DNA of 64,000 bases, from NCBI GenBank assembly GCA_902784755.1, contig CACZVX010000010.1, positions 90-64,089 on the forward strand, written 5' to 3'. The number at the start of each line of letters is the position of its first letter. Position 1 is the first letter of the stretch. The notes beneath the pieces were generated by a model. It searched no databases and was not told the origin of the DNA. It worked only from the letters and a program-made list of their open reading frames with translations. Source of the DNA: an uncultured Prevotellaceae bacterium. Its GTDB lineage: Bacteria > Bacteroidota > Bacteroidia > Bacteroidales > Bacteroidaceae. A program made the position numbers and the translations under genes. Shown here in pieces: positions 11,240-20,290 of the stretch.

Positions 11240-12403
11240 ATGAAAACAAGAACCCTCATTCTCGCCCTCATGCTGGTAATGACTAGTTCTCATGTTATGG
11301 CACAGGGAAGACAAAACAAAGAGAAACAAGTTGAAAAGACCGTCATGAACAACATCCTGACCAGAACGTCGGTACGTCGGTATCAGGATAAAGCCGTAGA
11401 AGCCTATAAGGTGGAAAACCTGCTTAAAGCAGGCATGGCAGCACCTTCGGCAGTAAACCGCCAGCCATGGCATTTCGTGGTAGTTGACGACAAGGATGTA
11501 CTCCAAGGTCTGGCGAAAGCCAATCCTAATGCTGGAATGGCTGCACGCGCTCCTTTGGCAATTGTGGTTTGCGGAGACATGAACAAAGCATTGGAAGGAG
11601 GCGGACGTGATTTCTGGATTCACGATACCTCAGCAGCAACCGAAAACATTCTGTTGGCTGCGAACGGTATGGGATTAGGAGCTGTTTGGACAGGAACCTA
11701 TCCCAACCTCGAACGATGCAAGGCAGTCAGAAAGATTTTGAACCTTCCCGAGAGCATGATTCCGTTGTGCACCATTGTTATCGGGTATCCCGATAATATG
11801 CCGTCACCTAAACAGAAATTCAAGGAAGAGAATATCTCCTACAACTCATTTGGCAAGAAATACACACCTGCTACCCCTGTAATCCAGAACGGCGGTTTTG
11901 TTGAGTTCGACGTACAGGAGACGAGTTTTGAGAATCCTTTCAATATTTTCACGGGATGGGGCATGCTGCTTTGCGCTGGTGACCGTGAGAAGAGCAATGC
12001 CATGACAATCGGCTGGGGCGGACTGGGCACCATTTGGGGACAAAACAATATGGTGACGGTGTATGTTGCCGAAAAGCGTTATACAAAGAAATTCATGGAC
12101 AAGTCCAAGTATTTCACGATTATGGCTTTCGATGAGAAACACCAGAATGTCCTTCAATATATGGGAATGAAGAGTGGAGCTGACGGTGACAAAGCAGCTG
12201 CTTTGGGGCTGCATACAGCCTACACAGAGAATGGAACACCTTATTATGAAGAAGCTTCAATGGTTTTGGAATGTGAACTGATGTACGCCGATGCGTTTGA
12301 AAAAGAGAATATGCGCGACATTCCAGCCCGTCTCTATGCAAACTTCCCTGCTGGTGTACATACGTTCTACATCGGACGTATTGTTAAAGCCCTGAAAAAA
12401 TAG
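11240..12403 (+). CDS. Nitroreductase + flavin-reductase-like fusion with signal peptide
   Basis: RTSVRRY, APSAVNRQPWHF, GLGAVW (nitroreductase); NAMTIGWGGLG..W and HTFYIGRI (flavoredoxin-like). Confidence 0.85.
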   Translation: MKTRTLILALMLVMTSSHVMAQGRQNKEKQVEKTVMNNILTRTSVRRYQDKAVEAYKVENLLKAGMAAPSAVNRQPWHFVVVDDKDVLQGLAKANPNAGMAARAPLAIVVCGDMNKALEGGGRDFWIHDTSAATENILLAANGMGLGAVWTGTYPNLERCKAVRKILNLPESMIPLCTIVIGYPDNMPSPKQKFKEENISYNSFGKKYTPATPVIQNGGFVEFDVQETSFENPFNIFTGWGMLLCAGDREKSNAMTIGWGGLGTIWGQNNMVTVYVAEKRYTKKFMDKSKYFTIMAFDEKHQNVLQYMGMKSGADGDKAAALGLHTAYTENGTPYYEEASMVLECELMYADAFEKENMRDIPARLYANFPAGVHTFYIGRIVKALKK

Positions 12404-12431
12404 AATAAAGATTAAAGGCTGATAAAACCGG

Positions 12432-12463
12432 GCGAACCTCCAGACTCCTATTGAGAGGTTCGC
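12432..12463 (+). terminator. Probable terminator hairpin
   Basis: GCGAACCTC...GAGGTTCGC stem downstream of the stop codon. Confidence 0.55.
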
Positions 12464-12492
12464 GCTATCCTATTCTTCTTTTATTTAGTGTT

Positions 12493-12610
12493 TTGCGACA
12501 GATTATGAGATTCTTCCTGTAATCTGTCGCAAATAAAGGCATATGTCGCAACAACCTAAACAGAAATCCAATTATTTTTGACAATCTCAGGTGGAACCGT
12601 ATTACTTTTG
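12493..12610 (+). promoter_or_regulatory. Operator triplet (TTGCGACA / TGTCGCAA / TGTCGCAACAA) plus TACTTTTG -7 box
   Basis: Same motif order and spacing (32, 19, 59 bp) as the promoter at 38382-38499 on the minus strand. Confidence 0.65.
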
Positions 12611-12614
12611 TAAT

Positions 12615-12792
12615 GTAAAATGGCAACAATGCCAGACGATTAGACATAAAAATAATGGGACCATGACAGCCCTCAGCATCATGTAAGGTCATTCAAAATC
12701 CCGGCACGATGGTGTCAACAATGGGAAATGACGATATTGTTATTGTATTGTAGGCGACTCGCATCTGCAGAATGCGGGTCGCCTTGATTTTT
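12615..12792 (+). ncRNA. Candidate sRNA or gene-less remnant transcript
   Basis: Promoter at 12603, only very short ORFs, ends at hairpin AGGCGACTCGCAT..ATGCGGGTCGCCT + T-run. Confidence 0.3.
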
Positions 12793-13837
12793 ATGAACGA
12801 GGAAGCGAGTCAAGCAGAATCTCAATCAGTCGGGGCTTGGCATAATCCTCAAAATCAGCTTCAGGAATCCAAATGTAATCATCGGGAAGCTCTGGCCGTT
12901 CATCGGTTTCCAAAAGATAGAAATCAGCCATTATCACCTGATGGGTAAGCACATGGCGCACGTTCTTTCTTATAAGTAAAGATTCTTCACTCTTAACTCT
13001 TAACTCTTCACTTATAAAGGGTTCCCACAGACCCTGCCAAATATCGCCGGAACCGCGGCGATGGATAGCTATATATCCCTTACACCTTATATAAATATAG
13101 GTAAGATGACGCTCACGAATCTTCAAGGTTTTCAGTTTTACAGGTAGTTGCCCCACCCTTCCTGAACGTAACGCCTCACAACTCTCCATCAGCGGACAAA
13201 GTAAGCATCGGGGACTCTGAGGTGTACATTGGATGGCACCAAAATCCATGATAGCCTGATTGTACTGAGAGGAGAGAGATTTCTTTTGCGGTAGTTCTTC
13301 AATAAGTGATTGAGCCAAAACTGAAAACACTTTTTTGCCTTCTGTGGTATTAATAGGGGTTTCTATCCCATAATAGCGTGAAAGAACACGATAGACATTG
13401 CCATCGACAACGGCGGCGGGAATGCCAAAGGCAAAGGAGGCAATGGCAGCAGCCGTATAATCGCCCACACCTTTCAACTTTCTGATATCCTCCAGCGTAT
13501 CAGGGAAATGTCCAAAAGCCACCACCTGTTTTGCTGCAAAATGAAGATTACGTGCACGACTGTAATAGCCCAGTCCCTGCCATTCGCGCAACACTTCATC
13601 TTCCGTGGCTGCCGCAAGGTCTTCCACCCGTGGCCAACGGCTTATGAACCGCTCCCAATAAGGACGACCCTGCTCTATGCGCGTCTGCTGCAGAATAATT
13701 TCCGACAGCCAGATGGCATAGGGGTCCTTAGTTTCACGCCAGGGCAACGAACGCCCGTTCTCACGAAACCATTCCAAGAGAATAAAGGAGAATGTTTCAG
13801 GACATGCCCGCGCGGTAGCAGATTCTTCACTCTTCAC
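12791..13837 (-). CDS. mutY: A/G-specific adenine glycosylase
   Basis: LPWR, IWLSEIILQQT, GLGYYSRARNL, HhH-GPD (LKGVGDYTA), VDGNVYRV, CX6CX2CX5C Fe-S cluster. Confidence 0.96.
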   Translation of the reverse strand: MKSEESATARACPETFSFILLEWFRENGRSLPWRETKDPYAIWLSEIILQQTRIEQGRPYWERFISRWPRVEDLAAATEDEVLREWQGLGYYSRARNLHFAAKQVVAFGHFPDTLEDIRKLKGVGDYTAAAIASFAFGIPAAVVDGNVYRVLSRYYGIETPINTTEGKKVFSVLAQSLIEELPQKKSLSSQYNQAIMDFGAIQCTPQSPRCLLCPLMESCEALRSGRVGQLPVKLKTLKIRERHLTYIYIRCKGYIAIHRRGSGDIWQGLWEPFISEELRVKSEESLLIRKNVRHVLTHQVIMADFYLLETDERPELPDDYIWIPEADFEDYAKPRLIEILLDSLPRS

Positions 13838-13854
13838 TCTTAACTCTTCACTTT

Positions 13855-15024
13855 TTACTTTTCCGGAAAATACTGATGAACGGAAAGTCCAAACTCTTTC
13901 GAGATGGCATAGATAAGATCCATGATGTCACTGCGATGATGCTCATAATCTTCCCATTTCTTTTGCTTCAGAAAGAAATAGAAGTCCACGGGAACGCCAT
14001 TCGTTCCGGCCTCTCCTTCACTGACAAAATAGGTCATCTGTTCATTCACATCGTCACGTCCTGCAAGCATACGTTCCATATAACGGCGGAAAAGGGTAAG
14101 GTTCACCTGCTGACCCTCCAGTTCGTCTTCCTTGAAATAACCTTTCTGCAACAAATGCCGGCGCAGGTCATCGTCCACGACTTTAATGGAATTTACATCG
14201 TAGTACACGTTACGCCTCACCCGGCGTCCGTCACTCTCCTGCATGCCTATCCAGTTCTGGAACGACTCATTAATGAGCGTCTTGGGCGAGATCGTAACGA
14301 TGGTATTATCGAAGTTACGCACCTTGACCGTGGTAAGCGTCATATCTTCCACATTACCGTTCACCCCCGCCTTTTCCACCGTAATCCAGTCGCCTTTGTG
14401 AAGCATGTCATTAGAGGTCAGACGAATGCCTGCCACCAGTCCGGCGATAGTATCCTGAAAGACAAGAAGGAGTACTGCTGACAAAGCGCCCAGTCCGGCA
14501 AAGAGTGACAGCGGATTCTTGTTGAAGATAATGGCAATAACAATGATAGCCGCCACAAACATCAAAACGATCTTAAGTACACTGGAAAAAGAACGTGCAT
14601 ATTGCTGCATGTTGCTCCGTCGCCCTTCACTCTCATAATTCTGGAAGGCATCGATAATGCAAACAATTGTGCGTGTTGACATTACAGTAATATAGATGGC
14701 CGTCAACCGTTTCAGAATGTCAAAGACAATCGGATACTGATAGAACACCATAGGCAACAACTGCCAGATGACAATTGCAGGCACAATGTGACAAGCCGAA
14801 ATCAGCACACGACGGTTAAACAAATGATCATCCCATTCCACATCTGTCTTTGCGGTAAGTTTCATGACCAAAGGTACCAGCAGACGACGACACAGCCAGT
14901 CACTGAGCCATGCCAGCAATATCGCTACAACGACCATTGTGACATGACGCAGCACAGGAATAATCGATCCCGTAAGACCTGTCATTGACAGTAAGTCTTC
15001 TACAAATATTTTTATCTCTTCCAT
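13855..15024 (-). CDS. MscS-family mechanosensitive channel (YbdG-like)
   Basis: LGALSAVLLLVFQDTI, GDWI, TVKVRNFDNTI, FQNW.GM..S.GRR. Confidence 0.92.
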   Translation of the reverse strand: MEEIKIFVEDLLSMTGLTGSIIPVLRHVTMVVVAILLAWLSDWLCRRLLVPLVMKLTAKTDVEWDDHLFNRRVLISACHIVPAIVIWQLLPMVFYQYPIVFDILKRLTAIYITVMSTRTIVCIIDAFQNYESEGRRSNMQQYARSFSSVLKIVLMFVAAIIVIAIIFNKNPLSLFAGLGALSAVLLLVFQDTIAGLVAGIRLTSNDMLHKGDWITVEKAGVNGNVEDMTLTTVKVRNFDNTIVTISPKTLINESFQNWIGMQESDGRRVRRNVYYDVNSIKVVDDDLRRHLLQKGYFKEDELEGQQVNLTLFRRYMERMLAGRDDVNEQMTYFVSEGEAGTNGVPVDFYFFLKQKKWEDYEHHRSDIMDLIYAISKEFGLSVHQYFPEK

Positions 15025-15069
15025 GCAATTATAGTTCCAGGTTTAAGTCTTTTGTACACAGAGTTTTTT

Positions 15070-15109
15070 GTCATCGTCATAGTCATAGTCATCGTCATTG
15101 TCATTGTCA
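15070..15109. repeat. GTCATN hexamer tandem array
   Basis: gtcatc gtcata gtcata gtcatc gtcatt gtcatt gtca directly after the dacB stop. Confidence 0.9.
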
Positions 15110-15110
15110 A

Positions 15111-16397
15111 TTATGGTTTACACAGTGCTTCGCAGATGCGGTCCTGATAAGGGCGGACAGTATTGGCTTTCCGCTGTCCCTGATTGATAATAGAGAAACA
15201 GAGACGATGACCATTCGAAGCCGTCAGATAGCCTGCCAAGGCAGAAACACCTGTCACGGTACCCGTCTTCGCCTTCACATTACCATGCGCAAAACCCTGG
15301 CGCATACGGTTTTCCAAAGTACCATCGACACCACCAATGGGCATAGATGGCAACAGATGGTTATAGATATTCTCATGTCCGTAGGCATAGCGAAGGAAAG
15401 CCACCTCCAATTCTGGTGACACATAATTATACAGCGAAAGGCCAGAACCGTCGGCAATGTAATAATTCCCGGGGTTCAATCCCATTTTCTGAATCAACCG
15501 GTTAATCAATTCACGTCCCAGTTTTGCCGTAGCCGGACGATTGCCTGTAGAAGCCGCCAACTGATAGAACATCGACTCCGCATAGAGATTATCAGAGTTC
15601 TTCATCATCCGCGTCAGAATTTGATCCATCGTATGGAAACGGGAACAAATCTCAAAGGCTCCCGGTGGTGTTATCCCCTTAAGTGTATCCCCCACCAATA
15701 CGATATGCGCATCATGAAGTTCCTTCACAAAACGACTCATGAAACGGTCTTTCTTGCCTACGAGCAAAGGCGAGAGCGTAGGATTATCATCATCCCAGCA
15801 CCAGCCTTCTCCCCATCGGTCGTTGTCCTTCATCCAAAGGTCTGCATAGACGTTACCACGAATGGTATCTATACCCATTCGCTTCAGACTTTCCACGAAG
15901 GCATTCAAATCGTCAGCGTTAAAAGCTGGATCCATACCGCCCTTGCAATAAACATTTCCACGCAAGACACAGGAATCCACTTTTCCCGTATAGTAAAGCT
16001 TCGTCTTAAACTGATAACTGCCTCCCAACTTGTCAAGTGCAGCCACAGCACATATCATCTTCATCGTGGAGGCAGGCCGCATCTGCTGGCGCTCGTTATA
16101 CTGATAAATCACGGAGTCTGCTGTCAGGTCGTACACTTGCAAGGCTATCTGGGTACTTTCGAACTGTCGGCTATGAACGATGGCATCCAAACGCGCCTGT
16201 ACATTCAGAGGCCAAGGTAAAGCAACAGGCTCAGCAATCGAATCCAATGCTAAAGTGTCGCTCGCCAGCGAATCCACCACCAGCGAGTCATCTACGACCT
16301 TTAGCATTGTTTCGTCAATATCTATATTCACATCTTGCGCAAAAATGGCAGATGCGGACCAAAGTAGAATGGCAGATGTCAAAAACAATCTTTTCAT
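15111..16397 (-). CDS. dacB: D-Ala-D-Ala carboxypeptidase/endopeptidase PBP4
   Basis: PASTMK (SxxK), SDN (SxN), KTGT; DGSGLS. Confidence 0.95.
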   Translation of the reverse strand: MKRLFLTSAILLWSASAIFAQDVNIDIDETMLKVVDDSLVVDSLASDTLALDSIAEPVALPWPLNVQARLDAIVHSRQFESTQIALQVYDLTADSVIYQYNERQQMRPASTMKMICAVAALDKLGGSYQFKTKLYYTGKVDSCVLRGNVYCKGGMDPAFNADDLNAFVESLKRMGIDTIRGNVYADLWMKDNDRWGEGWCWDDDNPTLSPLLVGKKDRFMSRFVKELHDAHIVLVGDTLKGITPPGAFEICSRFHTMDQILTRMMKNSDNLYAESMFYQLAASTGNRPATAKLGRELINRLIQKMGLNPGNYYIADGSGLSLYNYVSPELEVAFLRYAYGHENIYNHLLPSMPIGGVDGTLENRMRQGFAHGNVKAKTGTVTGVSALAGYLTASNGHRLCFSIINQGQRKANTVRPYQDRICEALCKP

Positions 16398-16405
16398 TAT
16401 CAAGA

Positions 16406-17494
16406 CTACTCTCCGAAGATCTTCAGCAACTTATTGTGCAGACTCTTTCCGCGAAGGGCACGGTCAACAATTTTGCCCTGAGGGTCGATGAGAAGATTGT
16501 CGGGGATGGCATCAATCTTGTAAACTGGAGCAGCGGCACAGTCCCAACCCTTCAGGTCGGAGATTTGCAGCCACGGCATCTTCAACTGCCCGATAGCCTT
16601 CACCCATGCAGCCTTCTTATCATCGAAGGAGACACCTACCACCTCGAAGCCCTTAGCATGGTACTTATTATATGCCTCCAGTACGTTGGGCATCTCTGCC
16701 CTACAGGGGCCGCACCACGAAGCCCAGAAATCTACAAGAACCCACTTGCCATCGCCAACCAACTCACTGATCTTGTGCATCTTGCCGTCAGGGTCTGCCA
16801 TCTCCAGGTCAGTGAATTGCTTGCCGATGAAGGCCGTCTTCTCTCCGCCCTCTGGTTTCATCAACGAAGCAATCTCTTCCTTTGCCTTCTTCAAATAGGG
16901 ATGGCTCGCAAAGGGCACCTGCTCCTTTACCAACTCATCGTAGGCCTCCAAGCCATTGTCTACGAAATACGCCCCAGCGAAAGCTAGCGGTATGAGCGAT
17001 TGGCGTTCCTCCTGGAAGATTTTGTTGACGATGGCAGTCTGTTCTTTCGTCATCTTCGAGTAATCGTCCATAAGCTCATCCACATGGGCTTTCATCTCCT
17101 CTGTGGTCATCTTGGAAGTCTTAGCCCTGAATTCTCTGATGGGACGATCCGCCTCAATGTCGTACATCGTCAGACGCTCATTCAGCGGAGAACCTTTCAG
17201 CGTACTGTCGTTGACATTGACAAACACCGGTGTGCCGTCATTGAAGAACACTGTGAACCAATCTCTTTTCTCAGTCTTGATAGCCATAAAGGCATTCTGG
17301 TCGGCTGTACCGCTGAAAGCAAACTTGCCATTGGTCACGACCATGCTGTCGATTGCTGTCTCAGTCAGTCGGTCCATCAGATAGACTTTCTTACCTTCGT
17401 CAGCGAATATTCCGCTGACCGAATATTTCAACCCTTGTGCCATCGAAGGCATCGCTGCCACTACGAGAGCGGCTATTAAAAACGCTTTTTTCAT
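16406..17494 (-). CDS. DUF4369 + TlpA/AhpC-TSA thioredoxin-like protein
   Basis: Signal peptide; VLVDFWASWCGPCRAE. Confidence 0.92.
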   Translation of the reverse strand: MKKAFLIAALVVAAMPSMAQGLKYSVSGIFADEGKKVYLMDRLTETAIDSMVVTNGKFAFSGTADQNAFMAIKTEKRDWFTVFFNDGTPVFVNVNDSTLKGSPLNERLTMYDIEADRPIREFRAKTSKMTTEEMKAHVDELMDDYSKMTKEQTAIVNKIFQEERQSLIPLAFAGAYFVDNGLEAYDELVKEQVPFASHPYLKKAKEEIASLMKPEGGEKTAFIGKQFTDLEMADPDGKMHKISELVGDGKWVLVDFWASWCGPCRAEMPNVLEAYNKYHAKGFEVVGVSFDDKKAAWVKAIGQLKMPWLQISDLKGWDCAAAPVYKIDAIPDNLLIDPQGKIVDRALRGKSLHNKLLKIFGE

Positions 17495-17498
17495 ATAC

Positions 17499-18263
17499 TT
17501 ATTCTAAATTCAACTTCTTCTTTGCATTCCTTATTTTTTCCTCCCACTCGAACACTTCTTCCGCAATCTCGACATTCGACATACCCTTGACCGTTGCCCT
17601 GTTGTCCATTTCCTGCCTTGCCCGCCTGTAATTTTCTATCTCCTCGTCGCTGATGTTCATCATCTCCTGGCATTGCGCTATCAGGTGCTGCATCTCAGCC
17701 ACCATCCCGTGACTGATAGCGGCATAGAAGGCGAAATCAAAATCGAGCATGTTCTTCACGTTGGCCAGGGTGGTTTCCCCTGAAAAACCACTGCGGATGG
17801 AGTCGCATATCTGCGTCTTGTAGGTCTTGCGCTCCTGGTAGAATCGTGCCACATTCTCCGTAAAGAGCACGTTCCCCACCGTATTGATGGTCTCGATGCT
17901 CGTCGAGAAAATCCGCTCCGTAGTCTCGGTGTAGTCAACGAACGGCAGCAAAGCCGGGAAGTTGAACTTCAGCTTCCGGAATTGCGATGTGTCTTCGGCA
18001 ATCTTCAGCTGTAGCTTCACCGACTCATGCAGCATCGAGTCGGCCCTTTCAAACTGCTTCACCGAGTTCGACATGTCGTACACTACCATCATCACTATCT
18101 CGCGCTTATCCTTCTGCTTCTTATGGTGGTCTATGATAGCCGCTGTGCCGAAGGTAAGTGCGATGGAGATGCTGGTAGCCACGATAGATAGAAAGAACTG
18201 CTTAAACGTAGCTAGTCCGCTACCCATCTTCAGACTTTTCGGTGTATGTAATTTTATATTCAT
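17499..18263 (-). CDS. Hypothetical membrane-anchored protein
   Basis: TM FFLSIVATSISIALTFGTAAII followed by a helical domain; TATCTTTG -7 box upstream. Confidence 0.7.
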   Translation of the reverse strand: MNIKLHTPKSLKMGSGLATFKQFFLSIVATSISIALTFGTAAIIDHHKKQKDKREIVMMVVYDMSNSVKQFERADSMLHESVKLQLKIAEDTSQFRKLKFNFPALLPFVDYTETTERIFSTSIETINTVGNVLFTENVARFYQERKTYKTQICDSIRSGFSGETTLANVKNMLDFDFAFYAAISHGMVAEMQHLIAQCQEMMNISDEEIENYRRARQEMDNRATVKGMSNVEIAEEVFEWEEKIRNAKKKLNLE

Positions 18264-18300
18264 AAATGAAAAAATCATACTATTTGCGTGCAAAGATATA

Positions 18301-18420
18301 TTAAATGAGTGGAAAAACCAAATTTATTTGGCTTTTTCACGAATGCCAAAAAACAATGATACTTTGCATCGATTTGGGGGGTGGTTGGCCATTGATGCGA
18401 GCATCATGGCACTCACTTAA
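18301..18420. repeat. REP-doublet-like inverted palindrome pair
   Basis: TTAAATGAGTG + hairpin at the left end, CACTCACTTAA at the right end; related copy at 36030-36080. Confidence 0.45.
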
Positions 18421-18498
18421 CAAAAAAAAATCTTCATTATTCATTATTCATTATTCTTTTTTTTATATCTTTGCACCTATAAAACCTAAAACAAAAAA

Positions 18499-20091
18499 AT
18501 GGTATACAAATACGATTTCCTCATCATCGGTGCCGGAGTGGCCGGTATGAGCTACGCCCTGAAAGTGGCAAGAGAGAAAAAAGGCAAGATTTGTATGATC
18601 TGCAAGACTTCACTCGAGGAAGCCAACACGTCGTTCGCGCAGGGAGGCGTGGCTTCGGTGACCAATCTCAAAGTGGACAACTTCGAGAAGCATATCGAGG
18701 ACACGATGATTGCTGGCGACTATATCTCTGACCGTGCCGCCGTGGAGCAGGTGGTAAGAAACGCACCTGCCCAGATTCAGGAACTCGTCAACTGGGGCGT
18801 GAACTTCGACCGAAAGGAGGACGGCTCGTTCGACCTTCACCGTGAGGGCGGACACTCGGAGTTCCGAATCCTGCACCATGCTGATGATACGGGTGCCGAA
18901 ATACAGCGCGGACTGATGGAGGCCGTGCGCAACAATCCCGACATCGACGTGAAGGAGTACCACTTCGCCGTGGAAATCATCACACAGCACCACCTGGGAG
19001 CTCGCGTCACACGCCGCACACCCTACATCAACTGCTACGGTGCCTACGTGCTGAATCCCGACACGCAGAAAGTGGACACCTATCTCTCGAAGGTGACCGT
19101 GATGTGCACGGGAGGTTGCGGAGCGGTGTATATGACCACCTCGAACCCCGTCATCGCTACGGGCGACGGTATTGCCATGGTGTATCGCGCCAAGGGAACG
19201 GTGGCCGACATGGAGTTCGTGCAGTTCCATCCCACGGTGCTGCATAACCCCAACGAGACGCATCCCGCCTACCTCATCACCGAGGCCATGCGCGGCTACG
19301 GAGGCATCCTGCGTCTGCCCAACGGCGAAAGCTTCATGGAGAAATACGACGAGCGACTCTCGCTGGCTCCGCGCGACATCGTGGCACGTGCCATCGACAA
19401 GGAGATGAAGATTCACGGCATTGACCATGTGTGCCTGGACGTCACCCACAAAGACCCTGCCGAAACGCGCCACCACTTCCCCAACATCTACCAGAAGTGC
19501 CTCTCCATCGGTCTGGACATCACCACCGACTACATCCCCGTGCGCCCCGCGGCCCACTATATGTGCGGCGGCATCAAGGTGGACCTGAACGGATGCTCAT
19601 CGATAGACCGCCTATATGCCCTCGGCGAATGTTCCTGCACCGGTCTGCACGGCGGCAACCGTCTGGCTTCCAACTCGCTCATCGAGGCCGTGGTATATGC
19701 CGATGCGGCTGCCAAGCACTCGCTGGCTCATGTGGATGAATACGACTTCAACGAGAAGGTGCCCGAATGGAACGACGAGGGTACGATGACCAACGAGGAG
19801 AAGGTGCTCATTACGCAGAGCATCAGGGAGGTGAACCAGATTATGTCTAACTATGTGGGCATCGTGCGCTCCGACCTCCGACTGAAGCGTGCCTGGGATC
19901 GTCTGGACATGCTCTACGAAGAGACCGAGAACCTGTTCAAGCGCGTCAAAGCTTCAAAGGATATCTGCGAACTCCGCAACATGATCAACGTGGGCTATCT
20001 CATCACCCGTTGGGCCATCGAGCGCAAGGAGTGCCGCGGACTCCACTTCACCACCGACTATCCCGTCCACGCGTACGATAAAAAGAATTAA
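18499..20091 (+). CDS. nadB: L-aspartate oxidase
   Basis: GAGVAG FAD motif, AQGGVA, EGGHS..RILH, QFHPT, HYMCGG, GLHGGNRLASNSL. Confidence 0.96.
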   Translation: MVYKYDFLIIGAGVAGMSYALKVAREKKGKICMICKTSLEEANTSFAQGGVASVTNLKVDNFEKHIEDTMIAGDYISDRAAVEQVVRNAPAQIQELVNWGVNFDRKEDGSFDLHREGGHSEFRILHHADDTGAEIQRGLMEAVRNNPDIDVKEYHFAVEIITQHHLGARVTRRTPYINCYGAYVLNPDTQKVDTYLSKVTVMCTGGCGAVYMTTSNPVIATGDGIAMVYRAKGTVADMEFVQFHPTVLHNPNETHPAYLITEAMRGYGGILRLPNGESFMEKYDERLSLAPRDIVARAIDKEMKIHGIDHVCLDVTHKDPAETRHHFPNIYQKCLSIGLDITTDYIPVRPAAHYMCGGIKVDLNGCSSIDRLYALGECSCTGLHGGNRLASNSLIEAVVYADAAAKHSLAHVDEYDFNEKVPEWNDEGTMTNEEKVLITQSIREVNQIMSNYVGIVRSDLRLKRAWDRLDMLYEETENLFKRVKASKDICELRNMINVGYLITRWAIERKECRGLHFTTDYPVHAYDKKN

Positions 20092-20290
20092 GAGTTAAGA
20101 ATTAAGAATTAAGAGTTATTGCCTACGGCAATTAATAATTTTCAATTAAGAATTGGGAGTGAAACCAAGCGGCCTCACTCCCTATTTTTTAAATTCTTAA
20201 ATTATAATTGATAATCGACGAAGTCGACAATTCTTAATTCTTAATTCTAAACTCTTAATTCTTAACTCTTAACTCTTAATTCTTAATTCT
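20083..20290. repeat. Inverted heptamer arrays (AATTAAG/AGTTAAG ... CTTAATT/CTTAACT) with mini-hairpins and a central terminator
   Basis: Arms at 20083-20117 and 20229-20290; hairpins TTGCC-TAC-GGCAA and TCGAC-GAA-GTCGA; GGGAGTGA..TCACTCCC + T-run. Confidence 0.85.
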
